A DNA stretch of 63,201 nt, filler included, from Licmophora abbreviata (lineage: Eukaryota): NCBI GenBank assembly GCA_900291995.1. It is 19 parts of 19 records of this genome, joined end to end, with 100 filler letters (N's around TTAATTAATTAA, not from the genome) between each part and the next. Parts side by side here need not be neighbours in the genome. Positions count along the whole stretch, not along the records: positions 52,429 to 54,735 come from OLMU01003880.1; positions 54,836 to 59,237 come from OLMU01003882.1; positions 59,338 to 63,201 come from OLMU01003884.1; 16 more parts are not named here. One strand, given 5' to 3'. The notes beneath the pieces were generated by a model. That model saw only the letters and a program-made list of their open reading frames with translations. It was not told where the DNA came from and ran no database searches. How positions within the stretch are numbered: the first letter of the stretch is position 1; each line of letters starts with the position of its first letter. Positions 53,939 through 63,201 of this stretch are shown piece after piece. A program made the translations under genes and the position numbers.

Positions 53939-54735
53939 TCAGGGGGCAGCCAGCATGTCGCGCAGGTGGCGCGCGCAGCCCCGGAGTGCGGCGGTGTCGT
54001 CCGATATCAGGTGGACGGGGATGGCCTCGATGATCGCGGCATAGGGGCCACGGGCGGCGAAGGACGCCTCGAAGCCGAGGGCGATCAGATGGGGGGCTGT
54101 GGCACGGGCCGCCCCACCGATCAGGTAAAGCCCGCCGGTGGCCATGTGATGCAGGCACAGATTGCCCGCGACCGCCCCCAGAAGCCGCGCGAAAAGGGTC
54201 AGCGCGGCGGTGGCATGGGGATCGGTGCCGGTGGCGTGGCCTGCGATGATGCGGTGCGTGTCGCGCGCGGTGCCGGAGTGCCAGTGGTAGATGCGCTGCA
54301 GGCCGGGACCGCTGAGTGCGGCCTCGATCGGCTTGTGGGGGTGATCCCGGGCAAGATGGCGGGTCAGCGCATTGAGCGCAGGGTCGAGATGCGGCAAGGC
54401 CGAGTGGCCCGATTCGGCGGGGGGCACGAACAGCCTGTCGCCGATGCGATGCGCCACGGCCACGTTGCAGCCGGTGCCAAGGCCCAGCACGAGGCGGGGG
54501 CCGGTATCGGGCGTGCCGGGGCGGATGGGGGTGAGCGCATCGGGGGGCAGACCGTCAAGGGCCAACGCCTGCGCCTGCAGGTCATTCAGCAGATGGACAT
54601 GCGCCGCCCCCGTGGAGGCGCGCAGCGCCGCGGTGGTGATGTGCCAGTCGTGATTGGTGAGCTGTGCGGCGTCGCCGCGCACCGGGCCTGCGACCCCGGC
54701 GCAAAGCGCCGCGACGGGGCTTGCGCCGATGTCCG
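53939..54735 (-). CDS. glk: Glucokinase (5' end in gap)
   Basis: LTNHDW, LLNDLQA, GLGTG, AESGH, EAALSGPGL and GGLYLIGG. Confidence 0.85.
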
Positions 54736-54835
54736 NNNNNNNNNNNNNNNNNNNNNNNNNNNNNNNNNNNNNNNNNNNNTTAATTAATTAANNNNNNNNN
54801 NNNNNNNNNNNNNNNNNNNNNNNNNNNNNNNNNNN

Positions 54836-55173
54836 TAGCGGGTGGCGCGCACCAGCGCGCGCGCCTGATCGGCGCTGTCGACCATCGGGATGAGCAGGGT
54901 CTGCGCGCCGGCGTCGAGCACCTGCTTGATCGCCCAAGGCTCGCCCATGGGCAGGCGCACCACGGGCGCGCTGTGGCGGGTTTCGAGCACCTGCAGCTGG
55001 CGCATGATGCTGGGCAGATCGTTGGGGGCGTGTTCGCCGTCGATCACCAGCCAGTCGAACCCGGCCGTGGCAAGCATTTCCGTGGCATAGGCATCGGCAA
55101 AGCCCGCCCAGCATCCATAAAGCATGTCGCCGCGTGCCAGTGCGGATTTGAAGCGGTTTTCGGGGGCGGGCAT
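54836..55173 (-). CDS. HpcH/HpaI-family aldolase (3' part in gap)
   Basis: [15 protein letters not shown] and [17 protein letters not shown]. Confidence 0.9.
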
Positions 55174-55263
55174 GGGCTGTCTCCTGCGTGATTTGGCCCG
55201 AGATTAGACCGGCAGCGGGGCAAGGTGAACGCGTTTCGCGGCCCGCGACATGCGCCGCCGTTC

Positions 55264-55482
55264 TCAGGCGTCGCTATCCTCGCGGTCAAGCCGGCGCAGC
55301 GCCCGGTAGCTCAACACCGCCGTGACGCCGAAAAACGCGCCGCCGATCAGGATGATCTCGAAAAACGCGGGCCCGGAGGGCATGCCGCGCCAGGCCACCA
55401 CCCCGATAAGCCCGAGCAGTCCCAGAATGCCCACGGCAAGACGGAATTTCAGCTCGCCGGGACCGGGTCCGTATTTGCTCAT
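55264..55482 (-). CDS. Small two-TM hypothetical protein
   Basis: 72 aa with two hydrophobic segments and an AAGGAG RBS. Confidence 0.7.
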   Translation of the reverse strand: MSKYGPGPGELKFRLAVGILGLLGLIGVVAWRGMPSGPAFFEIILIGGAFFGVTAVLSYRALRRLDREDSDA

Positions 55483-55537
55483 GCGATGGCTCCTTTATCG
55501 CGTGGACAGCTGCGGGACGCTGTGCTGTGCTGATGGC

Positions 55538-56098
55538 ATGATCCGCGACGCCCGCCTGCCCTATCTTGTCACAGGGATGATGATCCTGGCCACCGCCATA
55601 TGCCTTTTGGCAATGGGTCGGGTGATGATCTGCCCGTGCGGGCATATAGATCTGTGGGGGGCGGTGGGCAGTGCAGAGGCCAATATGCAACTGGCCGACT
55701 GGTACACGCCGAGCCACCTGCTGCATGGGCTCTTGTTCTATGCCGGGCTTTGGGCGGTTCTACCGCGGCTTTCGGTGGGCTGGCGGCTGGTGCTGGCGAC
55801 GGCTTTGGAATGTGCTTGGGAGCTTGTGGAAAACACCGATGCGGTGATCGGATATTATCGGGCTAATACCGTGTCGGGCGACTATATCGGCGATAGTGTG
55901 GTCAATTCGCTGTCGGATATCGCGGTCATGCTGCTGGGGTTCGGACTGGCGCGGGTGCTGCCGGTCTGGGCCTGCGTCCTGCTGGTGGTGGGGTTCGAAA
56001 TTCTGACCGCGCTTCTTATCCGCGATGGTCTGGCGCTCAACATCCTGATGTTCGTCTGGCCGCTCGATGCGGTGCTGGAGTGGCAGCAGGCGGGGTAG
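55538..56098 (+). CDS. DUF2585 (UPF0314) membrane protein
   Basis: MGR..ICPCG, DWYTPSHLLHG, WELVENT, GDSVVNS and RDGLALN. Confidence 0.85.
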   Translation: MIRDARLPYLVTGMMILATAICLLAMGRVMICPCGHIDLWGAVGSAEANMQLADWYTPSHLLHGLLFYAGLWAVLPRLSVGWRLVLATALECAWELVENTDAVIGYYRANTVSGDYIGDSVVNSLSDIAVMLLGFGLARVLPVWACVLLVVGFEILTALLIRDGLALNILMFVWPLDAVLEWQQAG

Positions 56099-56163
56099 GT
56101 ACGCGGATCTCTGGGCTTGGCGAGGGGCTTTACTTTCGCCGCGAAACCACCCAGAGCTTGGGC

Positions 56164-57066
56164 ATGAACGATCAAGCCAAGGGCCTTCTTATCACTGCGA
56201 TCGGCGTCCTTTTCGTGGTGCCGGATTCGCTCTTTATCCGGCTGATCGACGCCTCGGCGCCCACGATCACCTTCTGGCGCGGGTTGACCTCGGGGTCGTT
56301 CATCCTTCTGGGGGTGATTGCGGTCATGGGCCTGCGCGGGTTCCGCGAGGTGGCGCGCACCGGCTTTCCGGGGCTGCTTTATACGGTGCTGATCGGGGCC
56401 ACGGCGCCGGGTTTCGTGCTGGCGGTGAAATGGACCAGCGTCGCCAATGTGGTGTTCATCATCGCCTCGATGCCGGTTTTCGCCGCGATCTTCAGCCGGA
56501 TTTTTCTGGGCGAGGTGATCAGCAAGCGCATGGTGCTGACCATGGCAGGGGTGTTCGTGGGCCTTGGGATCATCGCCTGGGGCTCGGGCGAGACGGAAGG
56601 GGCGTCATGGCAAGGGGATCTGGTGGCGCTTGGCGTCTCGGCCAGTTTCGCAGGCGCCATGACGACGGCGCGCAAGCTCAGGGCGACCTCGATGATCCCG
56701 GCGATACCGCTGGCCTATCTCGGGGCGTCCGTGCTCATCTGGCCGCTGGCCGATCCGGTGGCACCGGTGGCCGAGCAATGGCATCTCCTGCTGGGGCATG
56801 GGGCGTTCATCACCGTGTCCACCTGTCTTCTGACGCTTGGGCCGCGCTATATCGGCTCGGCCGAGGTGGCGCTGCTGATCTTGCTCGAGTCGATTCTGGC
56901 GCCGCTCTTGGTCTGGGCGGTGATCGGCGAGGATCCGGGGCCATGGGCGCTGGCAGGGGGCGTGGTGGTGATCGGCGTGCTCTTTGCCTCGAACCTCTGG
57001 GCGCTGCGGATGCGCCACCGGATGCGCAACGCGCCGCAGCCGCGTGTCGGGCCGCCGGTGGAGTAG
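56164..57066 (+). CDS. DMT/EamA-family transporter
   Basis: About 10 TM segments in two EamA-like repeats. Confidence 0.88.
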   Translation: MNDQAKGLLITAIGVLFVVPDSLFIRLIDASAPTITFWRGLTSGSFILLGVIAVMGLRGFREVARTGFPGLLYTVLIGATAPGFVLAVKWTSVANVVFIIASMPVFAAIFSRIFLGEVISKRMVLTMAGVFVGLGIIAWGSGETEGASWQGDLVALGVSASFAGAMTTARKLRATSMIPAIPLAYLGASVLIWPLADPVAPVAEQWHLLLGHGAFITVSTCLLTLGPRYIGSAEVALLILLESILAPLLVWAVIGEDPGPWALAGGVVVIGVLFASNLWALRMRHRMRNAPQPRVGPPVE

Positions 57067-57073
57067 GACAGCC

Positions 57074-57883
57074 TCAGAAATCGGCGTTCACACCGGGCAG
57101 GTTGAGCGCCTTGATCAGATCGCGCAATTCCTGCCTTGCGGCGATGTTCGAGATATTGAGCTGCTTGACGCCCACATCCTTGAGATCCAGAAGCGTCAGC
57201 CCGCGCGGAAACAGCTCGCGGAAGATGACCCTCTCGTTGAAGCCGGGGGCCGTGCGAAATCCGATGCGGCGCGCCAGCGTTTCCAGCGCTGTGCCCATCT
57301 TCTGCTTGTTGACCATCTGTTGCGCGCCGAGCCGGTTGCGCACCACCACCCAGTCGATCGGCTTCAGCCCGGCCTGCGCCCGCAACTGCCGCGCATTCCA
57401 CACCATTTCCGAATAGACCGACGGCCCGATGATCCGCTTCCCGTCGCTGTCCACATGGGCCAGCAGGTCGAAATCCACGAAACTGTCGTTCAAAGGCGTG
57501 ATGAGCGTATCGGCAAGGCTGTGGGCGACCTGGCTCAGCCGGGTATGCGAGCCGGGGCAGTCGATCACGATGAAGTCGCTGTCAGGCTCAAGCTGCGCCA
57601 CGGCGGCCGAGAGGCGGCGATCATAGAGGTTCTCGCCGGGATTGAGACTGGCCTGGTCGATGTCGGGCATATCATGGTAGTGCGGCGAGGGCAGCGCCAG
57701 CCCGGCCTTGTCCAGAAACGTCTTGCGATTGCTGGCATAGCGCCCGAAGGTCTTTTGCCGCAGGTCCAGATCCAGCGCGCTGACCTTGTGGCCCATGCGC
57801 GCAAGCGCGGTGGCCACATGCATCGAGACGGTCGATTTGCCGGCGCCCCCCTTCTCGTTGCCGACGACGATTATATGGGCCAT
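57074..57883 (-). CDS. mipZ: Division-plane positioning ATPase MipZ
   Basis: VGNEKGGAGKST, DLDLRQ, TPLNDSFVDFDLL and ERVIFRELFP. Confidence 0.93.
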   Translation of the reverse strand: MAHIIVVGNEKGGAGKSTVSMHVATALARMGHKVSALDLDLRQKTFGRYASNRKTFLDKAGLALPSPHYHDMPDIDQASLNPGENLYDRRLSAAVAQLEPDSDFIVIDCPGSHTRLSQVAHSLADTLITPLNDSFVDFDLLAHVDSDGKRIIGPSVYSEMVWNARQLRAQAGLKPIDWVVVRNRLGAQQMVNKQKMGTALETLARRIGFRTAPGFNERVIFRELFPRGLTLLDLKDVGVKQLNISNIAARQELRDLIKALNLPGVNADF

Positions 57884-58017
57884 GACCTGTTCCCCTGTCC
57901 CTGTTCCGGGCTGTTTTTCTTGTGTCACACCTTAGCCTCGGGGCCCGCGGTTGGAAAGATTCCGTTGCGTTGCAGCGATGCTTTGCGTCCCATGTTGCAG
58001 CGGGGCCGCTCCTCATG

Positions 58018-58042
58018 AAAAACGCCGCCCCGGAGGGCGGCG
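58018..58042 (-). terminator. Intrinsic terminator after rpmE
   Basis: CGCCGCCC-TCCG-GGGCGGCG followed by TTTTT on the minus strand. Confidence 0.85.
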
Positions 58043-58069
58043 CCAAGGCCTTCGGGCTGTGTCCGGCAA

Positions 58070-58291
58070 TCAGAAGCCGAGACCTGCGTATTTGTTCTTG
58101 AACTTCGACACGCGGCCGCCGGTATCCATCAGGCGGGTGCCGCCACCGGTCCAGGCCGGGTGCACGGACGGGTCGACGTCGAGCGAGAGGCTGTCGCCTT
58201 CGGCGCCATAGGTCGAGCGCATCTGAACGACGGTGCCATCGGTCAGCTTGACGTCGATGACGTGATAATCGGGGTGGATCTCTTTTCTCAT
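58070..58291 (-). CDS. rpmE: 50S ribosomal protein L31
   Basis: [28 protein letters not shown]. Confidence 0.97.
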   Translation of the reverse strand: MRKEIHPDYHVIDVKLTDGTVVQMRSTYGAEGDSLSLDVDPSVHPAWTGGGTRLMDTGGRVSKFKNKYAGLGF

Positions 58292-58302
58292 CGTGCCGCT
58301 CC

Positions 58303-58686
58303 TTATGCCGACTTGCCGGATTGGGGTTTGTAGGTGGCGTCCTCGGCGATCCGGGCCGACTTGCCGCGACGCGAGCGCAGATAATACAGCTTGGCACGGC
58401 GCACGCGACCACGGCGCACAACTGTGATGCTGTCGATATTGGTCGAGTGCAGCGGGAACACACGTTCGACGCCTTCCCCGAAGGAAATCTTGCGGACCGT
58501 GAAGCTCCCGGCGATGCCCGAGCCGTTCTTGCGGCTGATGCAGACGCCTTCGAAATTCTGCACGCGCGAGCGGGTGCCCTCGGTCACCTTGTAGCCGACG
58601 CGCAGCGTGTCCCCGGCCTTGAAATCGGGGATGGTCTTGCCAAGCTCTGCAACCTGCTCGGCGTCCAGTTGAGCGATAATGTCCAT
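58303..58686 (-). CDS. rplS: 50S ribosomal protein L19
   Basis: [16 protein letters not shown] and [12 protein letters not shown]. Confidence 0.98.
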   Translation of the reverse strand: MDIIAQLDAEQVAELGKTIPDFKAGDTLRVGYKVTEGTRSRVQNFEGVCISRKNGSGIAGSFTVRKISFGEGVERVFPLHSTNIDSITVVRRGRVRRAKLYYLRSRRGKSARIAEDATYKPQSGKSA

Positions 58687-58737
58687 CGCTTCGTCTCCTA
58701 TATGCTTGCGGTTCGTTCCGCAAAGATTGATGCCGCC

Positions 58738-59237
58738 TCAGAGCTCTTGGTCTTCGTCCGGGTCCCTACCATGCGCCGCACAGTAAGCCCGCCAGAGATC
58801 AGGTCGTCGTTCCTTCGTCAGCCGTTCGGCCTCGGCCCGCCGCCAGGAAATGATATGCCCGTGATGCCCGGAAAGAAGAATTTCAGGGATCGTAAGGCCG
58901 TTCCAGATGGCAGGTCTCGTGTACTGGGGATGTTCAAGCAGGCCTTCGGAAAAGGACTCTTCCTCCGTCGACGCCTGATTCCCAAGCACGCGCGGTATAA
59001 GTCGGACAGCCGCATCAATCAAGGCCTGAGCGGCGATCTCGCCTCCGGAGAGCACGAAATCCCCGATCGAGACCTCTTGAATGCCGTAATGCGCGATCAC
59101 GCGCTCGTCGAGCCCCTCGAAGCGGCCACAGATCAAGGTGACGCCCGGACCTTCCGACAGACGCTGCGCCATGGCCTGATCGAGCCGCTTGCCGCGCGGG
59201 CTGAGATAGATCAGCGGCGCCTCCTTGGGCATGCGCG
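58738..59237 (-). CDS. trmD: tRNA (m1G37) methyltransferase (5' end in gap)
   Basis: [26 protein letters not shown] and PQYTRP. Confidence 0.96.
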
Positions 59238-59337
59238 NNNNNNNNNNNNNNNNNNNNNNNNNNNNNNNNNNNNNNNNNNNNTTAATTAATTAANNNNNNN
59301 NNNNNNNNNNNNNNNNNNNNNNNNNNNNNNNNNNNNN

Positions 59338-59726
59338 ATGTCGCCCGCGCCGTGGTTGAGCACCGTCTTCACCCGTCCGAGCAGGGCGCCGCCGGTGTCA
59401 TAGACCTCCAGACCGATCAGGTCGGCATGGTAATATTCCTCGTCGGGAAGGGCAGGCAGGCGGTCGCGGTCGGTATAAAGGCGCACGCCGCGCAGCGCGT
59501 CTGCCTGTTCCTTCGTGGTCACGCCCGACAGGCGCGCGATCAGCCCGCCCTTTGCGCTTTGTCCGCTCAGCGTGATCTCGAAGCGGCGGGTGCCGTCCTC
59601 GCTTTCCAGCGGGCCATAGGCGGCGATGTCCTCGGGGGTGGCGGTGAAGCTCTTGAGGCGCACTTCGCCCTGCACGCCGAACGCGCCGGCGATCGCGCCG
59701 AGGCAAATGCGGGTGTCGTCGGTCAT
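59338..59726 (-). CDS. rimM: Ribosome maturation factor RimM (3' end in gap)
   Basis: [20 protein letters not shown] and HGAGD. Confidence 0.95.
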
Positions 59727-59866
59727 TTGGTCTCTCCGCGGCAAAGGCCATTCTCCACCGTGCCGCCTGCGGCGGCGCAGCGCTCCTGATGCTGGTGACG
59801 TTCGAAGAACAGCCCCACGAGGAAGATGACGGCCATCAGGACGAGGGTGCGGACAGGTCGAAACAT
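59723..59866 (-). CDS. 47-aa single-TM small protein (absent from the ORF track)
   Basis: [47 protein letters not shown]. It fills the bluB-rimM gap exactly and overlaps the rimM start (ATGA). Confidence 0.7.
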   Translation of the reverse strand: MFRPVRTLVLMAVIFLVGLFFERHQHQERCAAAGGTVENGLCRGETK

Positions 59867-59871
59867 GCGCG

Positions 59872-60501
59872 TCACCGTTCCTCGATCGTCAGCGAGGCGC
59901 TGCGATCTTCCCAGCCGGCGCGCTCGAGTTCCGGGGTGTCGTCCTCGGTTTCGGGCCAGCCGACGCAGAGATAGCCGACCAGCTCCCAGCCTTGCGGCAC
60001 ACCGAGATCACGCGACAGGCGGTCAGGGTCGAGGATCGACACCCAGCCCACACCGAGGCCATGACTGCGCGCCATCAGCCAGAACTGCGTGATTGCGCCC
60101 ACCACCGAATAGCGGCGCATTTCGGGCATGGTGCCGGCGCCGAGGCCTGCGCCCTTGTCGGTCGTCTCGTCGCAGAAGATGGCCAGCTGCACCGGAGCGT
60201 CGGTCATGCCCGAGAGTTTCAGGCCGCTGTACAGCTGCGCGCGGTCGCCGTCATACCCCGAGAGGGCCGCCGCGTTGGCATCTGTGTAATTGTCGAGCGC
60301 CGCCCGGCGCGCGGCCGGGCTGGTGACGCGGATCACGCGCCAGGGTTCGCTCAGGCCCACGGAGGGGGCCAAGAGGAAGGTGTCGAGGCAGGTGCGCAGC
60401 ACCGCCTCGTCCACCGGATCGCTGCGGAAGCGGCGCACGTCGCGCCGCCACCGCATCAGATCGGTCAGGTCGGACCGGAAGTCCGGGGTGAAACGCGACA
60501 T
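59872..60501 (-). CDS. bluB: 5,6-dimethylbenzimidazole synthase
   Basis: [24 protein letters not shown] and [12 protein letters not shown]. Confidence 0.93.
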   Translation of the reverse strand: MSRFTPDFRSDLTDLMRWRRDVRRFRSDPVDEAVLRTCLDTFLLAPSVGLSEPWRVIRVTSPAARRAALDNYTDANAAALSGYDGDRAQLYSGLKLSGMTDAPVQLAIFCDETTDKGAGLGAGTMPEMRRYSVVGAITQFWLMARSHGLGVGWVSILDPDRLSRDLGVPQGWELVGYLCVGWPETEDDTPELERAGWEDRSASLTIEER

Positions 60502-60521
60502 GATCCGCGCCCCGCCCGTGC

Positions 60522-60950
60522 TCAGCCCTGAGCGGCGTCCTCGGCGGGCGCCTCTTCGGTGGCCTCGGCGACCGGAGCCTCTTCGGCGGGGGCTGCGGCG
60601 GCTTCTGCGGCTGCAGCGGCCTTGGCGGCTTTTTCCTCGACGCGTTCCTTGGCTTTGGTGCCCGGCTCGCCCTTCTTGAGGTTCGCGCGGTCCTTCTTGG
60701 CCAGAACACCGGCGGCTTCGAGCATGCGGCTCACGCGGTCAGACGGCTGTGCGCCCTGGTCCAGCCAGTATTGCACGCGCTCCATCTTCATCTTGACGCG
60801 CTCTTCGCTGTCTTTCGGCAGAAGCGGGTTGTAGGTGCCCAGCTTCTCGATGAAGCGGCCGTCGCGCGGCATGCGGCTGTCGGCGGCGACGATGCTGTAA
60901 TGGGGGCGTTTCTTGCTGCCGCCACGGGCGAGACGAATTTTCATGGCCAT
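60522..60950 (-). CDS. rpsP: 30S ribosomal protein S16
   Basis: [29 protein letters not shown], with an Ala/Glu-rich tail. Confidence 0.98.
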   Translation of the reverse strand: MAMKIRLARGGSKKRPHYSIVAADSRMPRDGRFIEKLGTYNPLLPKDSEERVKMKMERVQYWLDQGAQPSDRVSRMLEAAGVLAKKDRANLKKGEPGTKAKERVEEKAAKAAAAAEAAAAPAEEAPVAEATEEAPAEDAAQG

Positions 60951-61003
60951 CGGTTAGGTCTCCTTTTCGAATGGCGTTTTGTCGGTGCGATGAACGTGCA
61001 CCG

Positions 61004-61303
61004 TCACGACTGGTGCTGTTTGTGGTGCTGAATCACTTCAGCGATGATGAAGTTGAGGAACTTCTTGGCGAATTCCGGGTCGAGATCGGCCTGGTGCGCC
61101 AGGTCTTCGAGACGTGCGATCTGCTGCGCTTCGCGGGCAGGATCGGACGGGGGAAGGTCGTGTTCGGCTTTCAGACGGCCCACCGCCTGTGTGTGCTTGA
61201 AGCGTTCGCCAAGCGTATAGACGAGGATCGCGTCGAGCCGGTCGATGCTCTCGCGGTGCTCTTTGAGCAGCCTTGCGGCACGGGTGGGGGCGTCTTCAGT
61301 CAA
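61004..61303 (-). CDS. Chorismate mutase (type II)
   Basis: RESIDRLD..ERF..VGRLK..DPARE. Confidence 0.9.
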   Translation of the reverse strand: MTEDAPTRAARLLKEHRESIDRLDAILVYTLGERFKHTQAVGRLKAEHDLPPSDPAREAQQIARLEDLAHQADLDPEFAKKFLNFIIAEVIQHHKQHQS

Positions 61304-61901
61304 GCGGGAACCCTTTCGGTTTGAACAGCGGGTCGCAATAGTGGCTGATCTCCAGCTCGATCCCGTCGGCCAGCTGGCCGGATTTCAGAATGGCGGGCGA
61401 GGGGTGGCGGTAGACCGCGTCATTGCCGTCGATGGTGGCGGCGCCGTGATCCTTGGCCGCGCCCAGCCGTTCGGCAAGCCGGATCGAATCGAGGTTCTTG
61501 GGGTCGATATAGCTGACGGCACCGTCCCAGCCGCCGGGGCCATAGAGATGGGCGCGCGCGGCATGGGTGGCCTCGAGCGCAAAGCCATGCCCGGCCTTGT
61601 CGGGCCAGATGATCCACGCGATCTCGCGTTCGGGCCAGCCGGCGGGAAACCAGCCGCCCGCCATGCCATAGGTGGCATCGGTCACCTTGTCGTGGATCAT
61701 CCACATGCCGAAGCCACGGATGTTCCAATGGCCGATCTCGGCGGCATAGAGCATCCATGCCTCGTAGCGGTTCAATGGCCCGCCCATGAAGCGCGACCGG
61801 TAAGAGCTGAACGTCGCCTTGAAATCGGGGTAATCCTCGGGCTCGGGCGCGCGCAGCACAAGGCGGCGGGTCTCGATCACGGGAATGTCGCGGGTGGCCA
61901 T
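61296..61901 (-). CDS. GNAT/RimJ-RimL-like N-acetyltransferase
   Basis: IETRRLVLR, GHGFALEA and NLDSIRLAERLG. Confidence 0.88.
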   Translation of the reverse strand: MATRDIPVIETRRLVLRAPEPEDYPDFKATFSSYRSRFMGGPLNRYEAWMLYAAEIGHWNIRGFGMWMIHDKVTDATYGMAGGWFPAGWPEREIAWIIWPDKAGHGFALEATHAARAHLYGPGGWDGAVSYIDPKNLDSIRLAERLGAAKDHGAATIDGNDAVYRHPSPAILKSGQLADGIELEISHYCDPLFKPKGFPLD

Positions 61902-61970
61902 GTCAGACAGCTCTCCACGCCGGGTCACCGGCGTCTTGCCCTGCGGTCAGATGATCGGTGAGCATCGGCA

Positions 61971-63201
61971 TCATTTCTTCTTGCCAAATCCCGACAGGCC
62001 CGAGGGCAGGCCCTTGCCGCCACCCAGACCGCCCAGACCGCCAAGCCCGCCCAGACCACCGGGCAGGCCGCCACCCATCTGCTTGGCCGCCTGTTCCAGC
62101 GCCTTGGGGTCCATGCCCTGCAGATCCTCGGGGCTGGGGCCGCCCTTGCCGAACATGCCTTTCATGGCCTGTTTCAGCATGCCGCCCTTACCCATCTTGC
62201 CCATCTGCTTCATCATGTCCGACATCTGGCGCTGCATCTTGAGCAGTTTGTTCAACTCGGACACTTCAAGGCCCGCGCCGTGCGCGATGCGCTTCTTGCG
62301 GCTGGCCTGCAGGATCTTGGGGTTGGCGCGCTCGGTCTTGGTCATCGACTGGATCAGCGCGACCTGCCGCGACAGAACCTTGTCGTCGATCCCGGCGGTT
62401 TCCATCTGCTTGGCCATCTTGCCCATGCCGGGCATCATGCCCATCACGCCTTCCATGCCGCCCATCTTCTGCATCTGTTCCAGCTGCATCTTGAGGTCGT
62501 TCATGTTGAACTGACCCTTCTGGAAGCGGCGCATCATGCGTTCGGCCTGTTCGGCCTCGATGGTCTGCTGCGCCTTTTCCACAAGGCTGACGATGTCGCC
62601 CATGCCAAGGATGCGGCCGGCGATGCGCTCGGGTTCGAAGGTTTCGAGCGCGTCCATCTTCTCGCCAAGGCCGACGAACTTGATCGGCTTGCCGGTAACC
62701 GCGCGCATCGACAGGGCGGCGCCGCCGCGCCCGTCGCCATCCATCCGGGTCAGCACGACGCCGGAGACGCCGATCTTGTCGTCGAATTCCTCGGCCACGT
62801 TGACCGCGTCCTGACCGGTCAGGCCATCGACGACCAGCAGCGTTTCGCGGGGGTTGGCCACGTCGCGCACGGCGGCGGCCTGCGCGATCAGGTCGGCGTC
62901 GATATGCAGCCGGCCCGCGGTGTCCAGAAGGTAGACATCATAGCCGCCAAGGCTGGCTTGGGTCTTGGCGCGCTTGGCGATGGTCACCGGGTCTTCGCCC
63001 TTGACGATCGGCAGCGTGTCGACGCCGATCTGGCGGCCAAGGATCTCGAGCTGTTCCATGGCGGCGGGGCGATTCACGTCGAGCGAGGCCATGAGCACGC
63101 GCTTGCCGTCGCGATCCTTGAGGCGCTTGGCCAGTTTCGCGGTCGTGGTCGTCTTACCCGAGCCTTGCAGGCCCACCATCAGGATCGGCGCGGGCGGGTT
63201 G
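61971..63201 (-). CDS. ffh: Signal recognition particle protein (5' end outside window)
   Basis: GLQGSGKTTT, DTAGR, TRMDGDGRGGAALS and a Met-rich M domain. Confidence 0.98.
   Translation of the reverse strand, partial: NPPAPILMVGLQGSGKTTTTAKLAKRLKDRDGKRVLMASLDVNRPAAMEQLEILGRQIGVDTLPIVKGEDPVTIAKRAKTQASLGGYDVYLLDTAGRLHIDADLIAQAAAVRDVANPRETLLVVDGLTGQDAVNVAEEFDDKIGVSGVVLTRMDGDGRGGAALSMRAVTGKPIKFVGLGEKMDALETFEPERIAGRILGMGDIVSLVEKAQQTIEAEQAERMMRRFQKGQFNMNDLKMQLEQMQKMGGMEGVMGMMPGMGKMAKQMETAGIDDKVLSRQVALIQSMTKTERANPKILQASRKKRIAHGAGLEVSELNKLLKMQRQMSDMMKQMGKMGKGGMLKQAMKGMFGKGGPSPEDLQGMDPKALEQAAKQMGGGLPGGLGGLGGLGGLGGGKGLPSGLSGFGKKK

Noticed and set aside
1018..59337. Eighteen recurring TTAATTAATTAA elements flanked by N runs
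   Set aside because: These are assembly linkers of fixed 100-nt length with six-frame stops, not a biological repeat or CRISPR. ORFs ending in X..LIN are artefacts.
60525..60630. Ala/Glu-rich repeats in rpsP and Gly-rich repeats at the ffh C-terminus
   Set aside because: These are ordinary low-complexity protein tails.
61903..61974. 23-codon ORF (MMPMLTDH..WRAV*) between ffh and the GNAT
   Set aside because: It is too short and has no recognisable feature. It may be chance or merely a translational-coupling spacer.

Overview
Draft-genome window from a GC-rich alphaproteobacterium, most likely Rhodobacteraceae/Roseobacter group (inferred from gene content and order). It consists of 19 contigs joined by 18 artificial 100-nt linkers (44 N + TTAATTAATTAA + 44 N). 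Many genes are therefore split, and at least four carry single-base frameshifts that look like sequencing errors. Most of the window is core chromosome: murJ, glnD, rsmI-yraN-gshB, comM, cobU, rpoH2, coaBC-dut-moeB-dcp, kpsT-kpsE-kdsA-PMM, class I lysS, parE, mipZ and the ffh-rpsP-bluB-rimM-trmD-rplS-rpmE block. Accessory modules are: (i) a probable sulfoacetate cluster (LacI regulator, tripartite tricarboxylate transporter, sauS, sauT); (ii) a GntR-controlled, divergent glutamine-synthetase-family gene plus a split glutamate-synthase-like trio (gmaS/mgsABC-like), with a long structured leader and 11-bp-periodic operator boxes, followed after a gap by a nitrilase and an unknown protein; (iii) ectR-ectABC-ask; (iv) a SAF-type oxidoreductase, a P450 and cueR-copA; (v) a solitary AT-rich orphan gene directly behind parE. 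Module (ii) is the best candidate for an undescribed system. No CRISPR array, rRNA, tRNA or transposase was recognised.
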